Origin: Escherichia coli | GTDB lineage: Bacteria; Pseudomonadota; Gammaproteobacteria; Enterobacterales; Enterobacteriaceae | Length of the DNA: 64,000 nucleotides | Strand: one strand, 5' to 3' | Assembly: GCF_003790525.1 (NCBI RefSeq) | Contig: NZ_CP033635.1 | Shown: positions 25,211-35,356 of the stretch, in pieces | Layout: the number at the start of each line of letters is the position of its first letter | Numbering within the stretch: the stretch's first letter is position 1 | Notes under the pieces: model-generated | Seen by the model: the letters and a program-made list of their open reading frames with translations, nothing else | What the model was told of the DNA's origin: nothing | The model's database searches: none | Program-made: the position numbers and the translations under genes

Positions 25211-26065
25211 TTAAATAGAGACTGCGGGTTGCAGACTGACTTTAATGTCAGCTGGTGTCGCGTAATAAGGCGCGGAGGTAATAAAAAGGCGAATGCCGCA
25301 GTCGAGGTAATTTTTGAGTGTTGTCAGATTAATTCCGCCGGTCAGAGCCAGCGTGCAGTGAGGAGCCAGCGACGGTGCTATTTGCGCAATTTCAGTTGCC
25401 TGTTGCGGATTAAATTTGTCGAGCTGAAGTACGTCTGGTTGCGCGCGTAACGCGGCGATTGCCTCTTTCGGCGTGTCGGCTTCAACAACTATTTTCTTCT
25501 CGGGTGCGTGGCGACGTAACTGATTGATTGCGCCTGACCAGTCCTGATTGTCATGAAGAAAATGACGGTGGTTGGCAAACAATAATATGGTTTCCGCACA
25601 TCCGGCACGATGAATCAGTCCTCCGGCAGCCAGAATTGCCTGCGAGGCCAGTAAGCGGGTGCCCGGAATTGCTTTTCGGGTGCAGGCGATATTGCCATCA
25701 GGGTAACGTTCACGAAGTAACGCCAGCATTTGAGCGAGATAATCAGAAACACCGCAACTCCACTCCAGCACATTCTGGACTGCCTTCCATCCCTGATGAA
25801 GTGCTGCGGCATTACCTTGCGCACGGATTAGCCGCTGACCCGCGTTCGCTTGTGAACCGTCGCTGACCGCGTTATCAATAGTTAATCCCAGCGTAGTTAA
25901 CATCTTACACGCGACAGAAATTCCGCTGACGCAGCCGCCCTGACGGTGAAAAAACTCTATATAGCCATGCTGGTGTCCAATATTTAATGCTCGCGTGGTC
26001 AGGTCACCGCCCTGGATATCTTCCAGAAGTAACGCATCGATTTGTGCCTGAGAAAGGAAAATCAT
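25211..26065 (-). CDS. ModD-like protein (quinolinate/nicotinate-nucleotide phosphoribosyltransferase family homolog)
   Basis: 284-aa ORF with type II PRTase-like sequence; family assignment from memory of ModD/QPRTase features. Confidence 0.6.
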   Translation of the reverse strand: MIFLSQAQIDALLLEDIQGGDLTTRALNIGHQHGYIEFFHRQGGCVSGISVACKMLTTLGLTIDNAVSDGSQANAGQRLIRAQGNAAALHQGWKAVQNVLEWSCGVSDYLAQMLALLRERYPDGNIACTRKAIPGTRLLASQAILAAGGLIHRAGCAETILLFANHRHFLHDNQDWSGAINQLRRHAPEKKIVVEADTPKEAIAALRAQPDVLQLDKFNPQQATEIAQIAPSLAPHCTLALTGGINLTTLKNYLDCGIRLFITSAPYYATPADIKVSLQPAVSI

Positions 26066-26874
26066 CGCAGTGCCTCTTGCGGTACGCTATCCCACCAGAT
26101 GAGCGCCCAGTCGCGGCTGGCAGGGGCGAGGGCACGAGCATCTTGTTGTTGATACCAGTGATATAACCGCTCACGCTCATCGTCGTTAAGCGCGCCAAGA
26201 CTCCAGCTGACGTTCTGCTCAAAACGTTCCCAGGTGCTGTTATCCTGTTGGCAATTTTGTCCACGGATAAAATCAACGTGGGCATAAATTCCCATCTGAT
26301 ACAGGACGTTGAGCGCAAATATATAGTTGGGTAATTCGATCACTTCCCGACCAGCCGCCCGCTGAATGGCTGGAGAGACGAACGAGGTGCTGACCAGATG
26401 AGTCGTATAGACGCGAAGCCGTGCCTGATTATTCAGTTTGCTCATTGCCTGGCGCATATCAGCCACCAGAGTGGAGCGGGAAGCCACGGCAATATCGCAG
26501 CGTGGCAGGTCACTCCAGTCCTCTTCCCAGGCGCGCTGGATCCAGTGGACATTGTCTGCCTTTAGCGCGGCGGCGCGACGGGCGGCAACGTTCAGCATCC
26601 CCTGACTGTAATCAACGCCATAAATCGTCGTGAGTTTGTCAGCCAGCGCCAGCGATACGGTACCCGGTCCGCAGCCCATATCGAATAAGGTTTGTGCGCC
26701 TTGCAGATCAATTTTAGCGGTCAGTTGTTGCAGGTAGCTGTCCGTAGGCGAGGCGCAATTTTCCGCCATTTTTTCCGCCCGTTGATCCCAGTGATCCGGC
26801 GTTTTTTCTGTGCGATGGGCCAGCCTGAGTTGCTGAAGGTAAAGGTCTGCAAAATCAATATCATCAATGAGCAT
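26062..26874 (-). CDS. Class I SAM-dependent methyltransferase
   Basis: 270-aa ORF with motif I FDMGCGPGTVS; stop overlaps the ModD-like start. Confidence 0.7.
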   Translation of the reverse strand: MLIDDIDFADLYLQQLRLAHRTEKTPDHWDQRAEKMAENCASPTDSYLQQLTAKIDLQGAQTLFDMGCGPGTVSLALADKLTTIYGVDYSQGMLNVAARRAAALKADNVHWIQRAWEEDWSDLPRCDIAVASRSTLVADMRQAMSKLNNQARLRVYTTHLVSTSFVSPAIQRAAGREVIELPNYIFALNVLYQMGIYAHVDFIRGQNCQQDNSTWERFEQNVSWSLGALNDDERERLYHWYQQQDARALAPASRDWALIWWDSVPQEALR

Positions 26875-26883
26875 GATTTTTCC

Positions 26884-27642
26884 TTAGTGCTTAATTGCAG
26901 AGAGGTGATGGTGAATCTGGTCGGCAGAAACCCGGTACAGGGCAGCCAGTTTTTTCGTTGTTAACTGTTCGGTCGGTAAGCCTTGTGTTACACGTCCATC
27001 TGGCTCTACCTGGATAATGCTGTCGGCAATGGCGTTGGCATGGAGCGGATGATGAGTCGACATTAACATTGTCATGCCGTTATTTTTGAGCTGCGCCAGC
27101 GTGTCCAGTAGTTGGATCTGATGACCGAAATCGAGGCTGGAGGCAGGCTCATCCAGTAATAACAAGCGCGGTTGCTGGACGAGTGCACGGGCGATTAAAG
27201 CCAGCTGACGTTCACCGCCGCTAAGCGTATTCCAGCGTCGTGTCGCCAGATGCAAAATGCCCAGCTTTTCCAGTTGCTCCGTTGCTTTCAGGCGTTCTTG
27301 CTTACCGGGAACGGAAAAAGCGCCTATGGTGGGGGCCAGGCCCATCAACACCATATCCAGCACACTAAAAGCAAAAATGCCGTCGTGCGCCTGCGGCACC
27401 CAGGCAATAGCCTGCGCGCGCTGGCGATGGCTGAGTGTCTGCACAGGGAGGCTATCCAGTAAGATCTCGCCTTTTAATAACGGTATAACGCCAAGAATGG
27501 AGCGCATGAGTGTGGTTTTGCCGCAACCATTGGCTCCTAACAGACAACAAATTGTTCCTTGCGACAGGGTGAAGGACACGTCGCGTAGCACCGGATGGCG
27601 GGAGTAACCCAGAGACGCATGACGGACGGCAAGCAAAGTCAC
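26884..27642 (-). CDS. ABC transporter ATP-binding protein (iron-chelate/FecE-BtuD type)
   Basis: Walker A GANGCGKTT, signature LSGGERQ, Walker B LLLDEP; start set at GTG (GGAGG RBS) overlapping the permease stop. Confidence 0.85.
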   Translation of the reverse strand: MTLLAVRHASLGYSRHPVLRDVSFTLSQGTICCLLGANGCGKTTLMRSILGVIPLLKGEILLDSLPVQTLSHRQRAQAIAWVPQAHDGIFAFSVLDMVLMGLAPTIGAFSVPGKQERLKATEQLEKLGILHLATRRWNTLSGGERQLALIARALVQQPRLLLLDEPASSLDFGHQIQLLDTLAQLKNNGMTMLMSTHHPLHANAIADSIIQVEPDGRVTQGLPTEQLTTKKLAALYRVSADQIHHHLSAIKH

Positions 27643-28619
27643 TGGCGACCTCCGCGTAACAACAAAAACAGGAAAAACGGTGCGCCAACAAAAGCGGTCA
27701 GAATGCCAAGTGGGATTTCTGTTGTTCCAATGCTGCGTGCCAGCGTATCGGTAAGCAGGAGCAGAATCGCGCCAGTACACATTGCCATGGGCAACAGCTG
27801 CTGATGGTTATGACCGGTCAACAAGCGGGCAATGTGCGGAACGACCAGGCCGACCCAACCAATTATGCCCGCTATTGCTACCGTGCTGGCGGTGATGAGT
27901 GTGGCGCAGACAATCAATCCAAAGCGCAGACGTGTCACGTTCAGTCCCAGCGAACGGGCTTCGTCGTCGGAAAGTGTGAGTAAATTCATGCGCCAGCGGA
28001 GAAAAAACAGGGGCAAGGAGCCTATGAGAATGATCGGTGCAGCATAGCAGAGATCGCGTAAGGTCACGGTGGACAGCCCCCCCAGCAACCAGAAGGTAAT
28101 TGACGGTAACTGGGTGTAAGGATCGGCCAGCGTTTTTATTAGCGATATCCCCGCTCCGCACAACGTGCCTAACGCAATACCTACCAGCACCAGGGTTAAG
28201 ATCGGATCGTGGCGGGTCACCCGACGCGTAATCAACCAGACGCCCGCGACCACCATCAGCCCGCCGCAAAATGCGTACAGCTGGATGTAAACAATGGATA
28301 ATCCCCACAGGATTGCCGCGCAGGCACCAAGTCCGGCACCGGCGGAGACGCCTAAAATATCCGGTGACACTAAGGGATTACGGAACATTCCCTGATAGGT
28401 GGTTCCAGCCCCTGCCAGCGCCGCGCCCAGAAACAGCGCAGCAAGAATACGCGGCACGCGGATTTGCCAGAAGACAATTTGTTCCTGCACAGGAACATTT
28501 TCTTGACGAAGAATGAGCGCCAGCAGTTGCTGCATATCGAGATGATAAGCCCCACTTACGGCGGCAAAAGTGATACTGATAGCTGCCAGCAGCAAAATAC
28601 ATCCGTTTACGGTTCTCAT
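27639..28619 (-). CDS. ABC transporter permease (FecCD/BtuC family)
   Basis: 326-aa polytopic membrane protein; start overlaps the binding-protein stop. Confidence 0.85.
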   Translation of the reverse strand: MRTVNGCILLLAAISITFAAVSGAYHLDMQQLLALILRQENVPVQEQIVFWQIRVPRILAALFLGAALAGAGTTYQGMFRNPLVSPDILGVSAGAGLGACAAILWGLSIVYIQLYAFCGGLMVVAGVWLITRRVTRHDPILTLVLVGIALGTLCGAGISLIKTLADPYTQLPSITFWLLGGLSTVTLRDLCYAAPIILIGSLPLFFLRWRMNLLTLSDDEARSLGLNVTRLRFGLIVCATLITASTVAIAGIIGWVGLVVPHIARLLTGHNHQQLLPMAMCTGAILLLLTDTLARSIGTTEIPLGILTAFVGAPFFLFLLLRGGRQ

Positions 28620-29641
28620 TAGCTCGCCACCAATTTTTGATAGTCGGCGTCACTGAGTGAACAATGCCAGAACAGTTGGGCGTAATGCTGCATGTCACTT
28701 TTAAACTGGCGATTGATGGCGGGATCCAGCCAGGCGTGAAGTCTGCGTAATCCCAGAAGACGGTTGATTCCCGGCGGGGCATCCAGCCAGCCAAAGGGCA
28801 GGCCACTTAAAAATAAGATGCGTTGTTCCGCAACCGCTTTCACGCCCTGCCAGAGAGGATCACGACGAATAAAATCTGCAGTAACGGCCTCCTGAACCAG
28901 AATAATATCCGGCTGCCAGCGCAGGAGATTTTCCATGGAAACCTGTGTCAGACCGTGGCGATCGGCTATTTGCGCGACGTTGTGCAAACCTAATAATTCC
29001 GCCGCCTCGGTATGCAACGAACCCTGTAAGCCCGTTTCCAGCCCTCGAGGACCGCGCGCAGCATAAAAGCTGAGGTTAGCGGCGGGTGAGGTGGCGAATG
29101 CCTGAGCTTCACCAACGAAGCGGCTGGCGAGATTGGCTTGTTCTGCGGCGCGGTGCTCTTCGCCTAACGTTTTGCCAAGCGTTGTTAACTGTTCTGCTGA
29201 TTGTTCCAGTTTCCCGTTAAGCAATAACCAGGGTATTTGTGTCTGTTCGCTAACCTGCCGTGCCTGGGAGATCCAGGTTTCATCCGTATTGCCGCAATCA
29301 ACGACCAAATCGGGATGTAACGCCATAAGCCCTTCCAGCGAGAGTGTGCTGGCGCGCCCGGCGAGTCGTCCCAGCCTGGGGAACTGGCGAATGTGCTCTG
29401 GCAATGGAATTAATGCCTGACGGGCAAAATCAAAAGAGGAAAAACCGACCATTTTTTCTGGCGCGACAGCCAGCAATAGTAAATCGGCGGGCGCGCCTGC
29501 GCTGACGATGCGTGTAATGTTTTGGGCTTCGGGAAGCGTCAGTGAGGACCAGAATTTGACTGATTGTGCAAAGGACGGCAGATGATGCAGGAACAATGTC
29601 GACGCAAGAATCTGTGTAAACCTCCGTCTGGTTAGTGACAT
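28619..29641 (-). CDS. Periplasmic substrate-binding protein (TroA/BtuF/FhuD-like) with Tat-like signal peptide
   Basis: Start set at internal ATG with RBS-like cagga; N-terminus MSLTRRRFTQILASTLFLHHLPSFAQ. Confidence 0.7.
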   Translation of the reverse strand: MSLTRRRFTQILASTLFLHHLPSFAQSVKFWSSLTLPEAQNITRIVSAGAPADLLLLAVAPEKMVGFSSFDFARQALIPLPEHIRQFPRLGRLAGRASTLSLEGLMALHPDLVVDCGNTDETWISQARQVSEQTQIPWLLLNGKLEQSAEQLTTLGKTLGEEHRAAEQANLASRFVGEAQAFATSPAANLSFYAARGPRGLETGLQGSLHTEAAELLGLHNVAQIADRHGLTQVSMENLLRWQPDIILVQEAVTADFIRRDPLWQGVKAVAEQRILFLSGLPFGWLDAPPGINRLLGLRRLHAWLDPAINRQFKSDMQHYAQLFWHCSLSDADYQKLVAS

Positions 29642-29970
29642 AAGTAATATCCTGATAATTAAAACCGCTATATACTTACACATATAGCGAAAAAGATCAT
29701 GTTTGATGTCAAAATTTGTCTAAAGAGACAGAATGATTTGCTTGTTTCTTAAATAACACTTTGTTCCACAAGAAAATTGTCAGGGAGAATGGGGAGTGGG
29801 GGAAAATATAAATAGAGGTGTAATGATTAACAAGTTGATAAAATAAAATTAAAATCTTCTCTAATAAAAGAAAATAAAGGCATAGACCGTAGAAAGAGTG
29901 GTATTTCGTGGTGAAGAAAGAGCAATGCCAATTTTATGCATGTAATGGCATTGCTCGATATACAGTAAAG

Positions 29971-31668
29971 TTAAGGCGTAGGTTCCGCCTCTTTTTGTTT
30001 TAGCGGCTGTGTTGTTGATTCACTGAGTGGACGCGTCGCCGGAACATTGTCACACGGTTGCTCTTTCGGGCAGATCAAATCCAGCATTTTCAGCGTCACG
30101 CCATTGGTCCAGCCAAAGCCATCCTGTAATGGATATTCGCCACCGCCGCCCCCTGTTCCGGTGGCGCTGACATCATATTTTTCCACCAGCTTTTTCTCCC
30201 GGTCATAGGTGTTCTGAACATTGGTCAGGAAGTGCCAGCTAATGTCCATCGCCACCTCTTTTTGCCCGTAGTTTTGTAATCCTTCTGTCGCGACCCACTG
30301 CAACGGTGCCCAGCCGTTTGGCGCATCCCATTGTTGTCCACTTTTCACCGACGTGGTGTTCAGGCCGCCGGGTTGCAGCAGATGTGTTTTCGTCGCCGTC
30401 GCCATTTTGCTGGCGCGATCTTTCGCTGCCGCATTGACGTACAGCGGGAACAGGGCGGCCGCGGTTAACTGATTGCGCACTTTATGACTTTTCAGGTCGT
30501 AATCGGCATACCAGCCTTGTTGATCGTTCCACAGGTATTTTTCGATCCCTTTTTGACGGGCATTCGCCAGCGTTTCGTACTGGTTTGCCATCGCGTTATC
30601 TCCGGCAGCTTTGCTGGCGCGGGCGAGGATTTTTTCCATTTTAAACATCAGGCTGTTCAGATCGACCGGTACGATGCTGGTGGTGCGTAAGGTATTTAAC
30701 TGCTGCGGATTGTCCATCCAGCGCGAGCTGAAATCCCAGCCAGACGCAGCGGCAGAGCGCAGATCGCGGTAAATTTCAGTGGCAGGTCGATTCGGATTGC
30801 TTTTGGCGGTGGCAATATCTTCCACCCATGACTCTGGTCGTGGCGTATCGCGATCGTCCCAGTAGCGGTTGAGAAGGGTACCATCCTGAAGTTTGACAAC
30901 GCGTTTTTCCTGTTGTCCGGCTTGCAGGTTTTCAACACCGTCCATCCAGTAAGCATATTCTTTTTGCATTTGCGGCAGGTATTGTTTCAACGCGGCATCG
31001 CCTTCATGCTGCGCCAGTAACTCTACCATCAGGGCAAAGAAGGGCGGCTGCGAGCGGCTTAAATAGTAACTGCGGTTGCCGTTGGGAATATGACCGTAAG
31101 TGTCTATTTCATGAGCAAAATTGGCCACCATATCCGCGACTTTATCCCAGTGACCGCTTTCGGCAAGTCCTAACATGGTGAAGTAACTGTCCCAGTAATA
31201 TACCTCGCGAAAACGTCCGCCCGGCACGACATAAGGTTCCGGCAGCGGTAACAGAGAATCCCATTTTTCGGTATTTTCGGTAGCACGCGTTAATACCGGC
31301 CAAAGTCCGTCAATATGTTCGCGCAGTGACTGCCCCTCTGGCGGAACATATTTCTCGCCCTCTTTTGGCAGGGTGAAATTGACGTTAACGAAATGGCGCA
31401 GATCAAATCCGCTCTGGTTTTGCTGCATCCGATAATCAGCAAGGATCATCAGCGGATCGCTGTTCGGCACGGCATCGGCAAAGGTTTTTTGGTCCGGAAA
31501 AAGTTTGGCGTTTTGCACATCATTAAACAGCGGCCCTAATAAAATATCAGGCGGCTGTGGCGTTACCGATGTTTCTTCTGCCTGCACCGATAGCGCAGCA
31601 AAACACAAAAAGATGCAGGCTGGAATTAACGCCATTTTTTGCGGGCGAGAAGGGGTGGGGGATTTCAT
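29971..31668 (-). CDS. treA: Periplasmic trehalase
   Basis: 565-aa [24 protein letters not shown]...; matches TreA. Confidence 0.95.
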   Translation of the reverse strand: MKSPTPSRPQKMALIPACIFLCFAALSVQAEETSVTPQPPDILLGPLFNDVQNAKLFPDQKTFADAVPNSDPLMILADYRMQQNQSGFDLRHFVNVNFTLPKEGEKYVPPEGQSLREHIDGLWPVLTRATENTEKWDSLLPLPEPYVVPGGRFREVYYWDSYFTMLGLAESGHWDKVADMVANFAHEIDTYGHIPNGNRSYYLSRSQPPFFALMVELLAQHEGDAALKQYLPQMQKEYAYWMDGVENLQAGQQEKRVVKLQDGTLLNRYWDDRDTPRPESWVEDIATAKSNPNRPATEIYRDLRSAAASGWDFSSRWMDNPQQLNTLRTTSIVPVDLNSLMFKMEKILARASKAAGDNAMANQYETLANARQKGIEKYLWNDQQGWYADYDLKSHKVRNQLTAAALFPLYVNAAAKDRASKMATATKTHLLQPGGLNTTSVKSGQQWDAPNGWAPLQWVATEGLQNYGQKEVAMDISWHFLTNVQNTYDREKKLVEKYDVSATGTGGGGGEYPLQDGFGWTNGVTLKMLDLICPKEQPCDNVPATRPLSESTTQPLKQKEAEPTP

Positions 31669-31986
31669 CAATCATTCTCCTTTGGCGAAACCGAATAAAA
31701 CGGTATTCAAGTATCAGAAAACCTTAGTTCAGGATCGCACTAGCTGCATGATCGAAATCACATTCTGCGAACTGACAGACATTTTAGAAAAGGGAATTAA
31801 AGGGATAAATAACGGCGAAATAGAGTGATTAAATAACGTCTGTTTATTAGCCAGCCAGCGACGTTGGGTTCGCGATTAGCGAAGAAAAATCATCATAATT
31901 TGGTGAAAAATATAACAGGTAGTTAAAAACATCAGTGCAGAGTAAATTGCCGGATGACATCAGAATGATGCCATCCGAACGGTGGT

Positions 31987-33405
31987 TTAACCCTGACGGT
32001 TGAAACGTTGCGTTTTAACGTCCAGCGTTAGCGTTTCTTCTGGTTGTATCGCATACAGTTTCTCACCCTGCTGGCAAATCCAGCCAATTCCCAGTTCACG
32101 GGCGATTAGGGCACTGTGGGATAGCGGACTTCCGGCGCTAAGGCAGATACCTTTTACAACCGCTGGATCCAGTTGCAGTACTGTGGAGGGATAAATGTTC
32201 TCCGCCAGTAGAATAGTTGGTGAGTTAAACTGCGGGAGTTCTTCTTTCGTTTGGGTCAGGTGGACCAGGGTGCGATGCAGAAGATCGTCCACATCGATAT
32301 AGCGAGCCTGTAGATATTCATCATCCAGCTGTTGGTATTGCTGGCTAAGTTCTTTAAGAACGTGTTGCCAGGCATATTCCGCCGTGCAATGTTCATGCTG
32401 AAGGAGTTCGCTTGCCGCCGCCTGCAGTTCCGGATCATCTAACAGTGTATGGTGACCAGAAAAGATTGCGGCAATATCGTCAAGCCCGCTGGTTTCTGCT
32501 TTCGCTGTTAACGTCATCAGATCTAATAACGTGAAGTCAATGGCCTGGCGTAATCGTTCTTGTTCTTCTTCCACGGTCAGGATTGATTTTGCCTGTACCG
32601 TACATAAAACAGGTTGATAATAAAAGGCTTTACCCGAAACAGGCGGAACGGGACGCAGAGTAGGTGGAGCAACTTCCTCCGTTTCACCAAAGTTATCTTC
32701 AGCCAGCTGACGGAAGGCGATCAGTGCCTCTTCAGCTTCTGGTCCTTTCGCAATCAGGCGCAGCGTATCGTTATAGCGAACTTGTAGTAACGCAATCTGG
32801 TTAATACTCTCCGGTGTAACGCATTTGCCGTTTTTCTCCAGCAACATATCGGCATTAAATGTCGATAAGGTATAAACCAGCCGGGAGGCCGGACGTACAT
32901 GCAGGCCGTTACGGTTTTTTATGACCACCGACAGAGAACGGGCTTCTTCATCGTACGGAGGACATGTGTCAGAGATTTCAGTGTCGGAGGACGGTAAACC
33001 CAGTTGTTCACGTTTGGCTTCCAGCGCATGCATGGCGTCAAAGATGACTTTGTCGATATCCGCCCCCGAGGCCGCGCTGACCGTTGCTGCCAGTGTACCT
33101 TCGACCAACGGCGCAGCACACAAACGTACTTTTGCGGCGATCTCGGGAGCCAGCAATTCCAGCGCAGTTTCAGCACTCAATAATGCGCTACCCATATCCA
33201 TCATGACCAGCACATGGTCGGCATCAGCAACAGATTCGATGGCCTCCATCACTTTGACGGCATCGGTACCAATGGGATTTTGTGGATCGTCAATTCCCGC
33301 GGCAATGGCGATTTTACAAATATCACCCATTAACATCTGACGGGCTAGTTCACCGACACCTTCTCCCAGTCGGCTGCTATGTGAAACTATGACCAGGTTT
33401 ACCAT
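31987..33405 (-). CDS. dhaM: PTS-dependent dihydroxyacetone kinase, phosphotransferase subunit DhaM
   Basis: 472-aa EIIA/HPr/EI-like fusion; matches DhaM. Confidence 0.9.
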   Translation of the reverse strand: MVNLVIVSHSSRLGEGVGELARQMLMGDICKIAIAAGIDDPQNPIGTDAVKVMEAIESVADADHVLVMMDMGSALLSAETALELLAPEIAAKVRLCAAPLVEGTLAATVSAASGADIDKVIFDAMHALEAKREQLGLPSSDTEISDTCPPYDEEARSLSVVIKNRNGLHVRPASRLVYTLSTFNADMLLEKNGKCVTPESINQIALLQVRYNDTLRLIAKGPEAEEALIAFRQLAEDNFGETEEVAPPTLRPVPPVSGKAFYYQPVLCTVQAKSILTVEEEQERLRQAIDFTLLDLMTLTAKAETSGLDDIAAIFSGHHTLLDDPELQAAASELLQHEHCTAEYAWQHVLKELSQQYQQLDDEYLQARYIDVDDLLHRTLVHLTQTKEELPQFNSPTILLAENIYPSTVLQLDPAVVKGICLSAGSPLSHSALIARELGIGWICQQGEKLYAIQPEETLTLDVKTQRFNRQG

Positions 33406-33415
33406 CACCAATTCC

Positions 33416-34048
33416 TTACTCTTTTGCGGCTAACGCCAACATTTGCATCATAAACATCACCGAGGTCGCGCCGGGATCCTGGTGACCAATACTGCGTTCA
33501 CCGAGATAACTGGCGCGGCCTTTGCGGGCTTGCATCGTAATCGTACTTTGTGCAGCGGATTCGGCGATGCTACTGGCAGTGTCGAGGGCCGCCGGAACAG
33601 AAAGATTTTGCTCGCAGGACTGACGTAACGATTCCACCACCGACACCCAGACATCACACATGGTTTTATCGCCAGGTTCGGCTTTACCGCGACTGATTAC
33701 GCCGTCCGCGCCATCGCGGAACATCTGATAAAGCTCTTCCAGCGTCAGGCTTTGCCGTGCCTGGGTCGCCTGTGCGGCGCGGATAAAGAAGGTACCGAAC
33801 AGCGGACCACTGGCACCTCCGACGCTGGAAAGTAGCGTCATACCGGTATTCTTAAGAATGAAACCGATATCTTTATCTGCGATAGCAGGGAGTTTTTCCA
33901 CCACTTTGCTAAAGCCTCGGTTCATATTTAGCCCGTGGTCAGCGTCGCCAATTTCGCGATCCAGTCCGGTAAGATACTCGCTCTCGGTGCTGAAAATATC
34001 GCCACAACGAGTGAGCCAGTTAACAATTTGAGTTCTGCTCAGTGACAT
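33416..34048 (-). CDS. dhaL: Dihydroxyacetone kinase ADP-binding subunit DhaL
   Basis: 210-aa ORF from internal ATG with AGGAG RBS (MSLSRTQIVNWL...). Confidence 0.9.
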   Translation of the reverse strand: MSLSRTQIVNWLTRCGDIFSTESEYLTGLDREIGDADHGLNMNRGFSKVVEKLPAIADKDIGFILKNTGMTLLSSVGGASGPLFGTFFIRAAQATQARQSLTLEELYQMFRDGADGVISRGKAEPGDKTMCDVWVSVVESLRQSCEQNLSVPAALDTASSIAESAAQSTITMQARKGRASYLGERSIGHQDPGATSVMFMMQMLALAAKE

Positions 34049-34058
34049 AGCTATCTCC

Positions 34059-35129
34059 TTATTTACCCCAGTTAAGGGCCGGGGTGTGGACCGGGGCGTC
34101 CCAGAGTGCCAGCGTTTCGTCATCAACTTTCAGTAAGGTGATTGAGAAACCGGTCATATCCAGTGAGGTGCAGTACGCGCCAATTAAATTACGTTCGATA
34201 GTCAATCCCGCTTGCTGGCAACGTGTGGTCAGGCGGTTATAGACGCCGTACAGCTCAGAAAGCGGAGTTGCGCCAAGATTGTTAACCAGCGCAATCACCC
34301 GATCGCCAGACTGGAGCGGTTGTTTGGTTTGTGGTTCTTCCTGCCAGCTGCCTTGTTGATAATCCCAGAAACGCAAAGTGCGATGGTATGAGCCATTTTC
34401 CAGCAGGGTGTCGAACATTTCATCGACGGTTTGATCAAGGGAAGAGAAGGGGCGGCGGTCAATACCTGGCTCACCATGAATGCCGACGCCAAATTCCATC
34501 TCATTATCCGCCAGGGTAAAAGAAGGTTTGCCCGCGGCAGGAACAGTACAGGCACCGAGAGCGATACCTATTGAATGGCCTTGATTATTCAACTTACGCC
34601 CCAGTTCCGCACAGGCGTCCAGTGAGTCGCCACGCTCCGCCGCTGCACCTACGAGTTTTTCAATTAATACGGTGTTGGCAACGCCGCGCCGCCCGGCGGT
34701 ATAAAGACTGTCTTTTACTGCAACGTCGTCATCAATGACCACAGTGGTCACTTTTACGCCGCTATCGTGCAGTAACTCGGTTGCTGTTTCGAAGTTAAGA
34801 ATATCGCCGGTGTAATTTTTGATAATCAACAGTACACCTTCGCCGCCATCAATTTGCATGGCGCATTCAAAGATTTTATCGGGCGTCGGTGAGGTGAAAA
34901 TTTCGCCCGGACAGGCTCCCGAAAGCATCCCCTGACCGATATAGCCACAGTGCATCGGCTCGTGTCCGCTGCCGCCACCCGACAGCAGGGCGACTTTACC
35001 TGCAACGGGGGCATCAGCTCGGGTGACATACACCGGATCCTGGTGCAGTGTCAGCGATGGATGCGCTTTCGCTAGTCCTGCCAGTTGTTCGTCCAGTACG
35101 TCTTGCACATCATTGATCAATTTTTTCAT
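34059..35129 (-). CDS. dhaK: Dihydroxyacetone kinase DHA-binding subunit DhaK
   Basis: 356-aa ORF from MKKLINDVQDV with GGAG RBS. Confidence 0.9.
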   Translation of the reverse strand: MKKLINDVQDVLDEQLAGLAKAHPSLTLHQDPVYVTRADAPVAGKVALLSGGGSGHEPMHCGYIGQGMLSGACPGEIFTSPTPDKIFECAMQIDGGEGVLLIIKNYTGDILNFETATELLHDSGVKVTTVVIDDDVAVKDSLYTAGRRGVANTVLIEKLVGAAAERGDSLDACAELGRKLNNQGHSIGIALGACTVPAAGKPSFTLADNEMEFGVGIHGEPGIDRRPFSSLDQTVDEMFDTLLENGSYHRTLRFWDYQQGSWQEEPQTKQPLQSGDRVIALVNNLGATPLSELYGVYNRLTTRCQQAGLTIERNLIGAYCTSLDMTGFSITLLKVDDETLALWDAPVHTPALNWGK

Positions 35130-35356
35130 TATTTTGCTCCAGCAATTACGGTAGGGCATGGATGATGTTCAACGACACGGCGACCACTGACTTCCGATGA
35201 ATCCATTGTGCATCAGGCAAGGGAAAAGAAAATTAGCCCAAATTATGTTTCATAGTGAAACATATTCTTTAATGAATGTTCCATATTGAAACTTTTACGT
35301 GTATTAATACTTAAAATTGCGAGCCGGAACACCTTTTGTCATAAGGGATGCGGGAT

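Noticed and set aside
27808-28806. Overlapping alternative-frame ORFs (166 aa, 142 aa) within the ABC permease and binding-protein genes
   Set aside because: The transporter frames carry clear family signatures; the alternative frames are Arg/His-rich shadow ORFs
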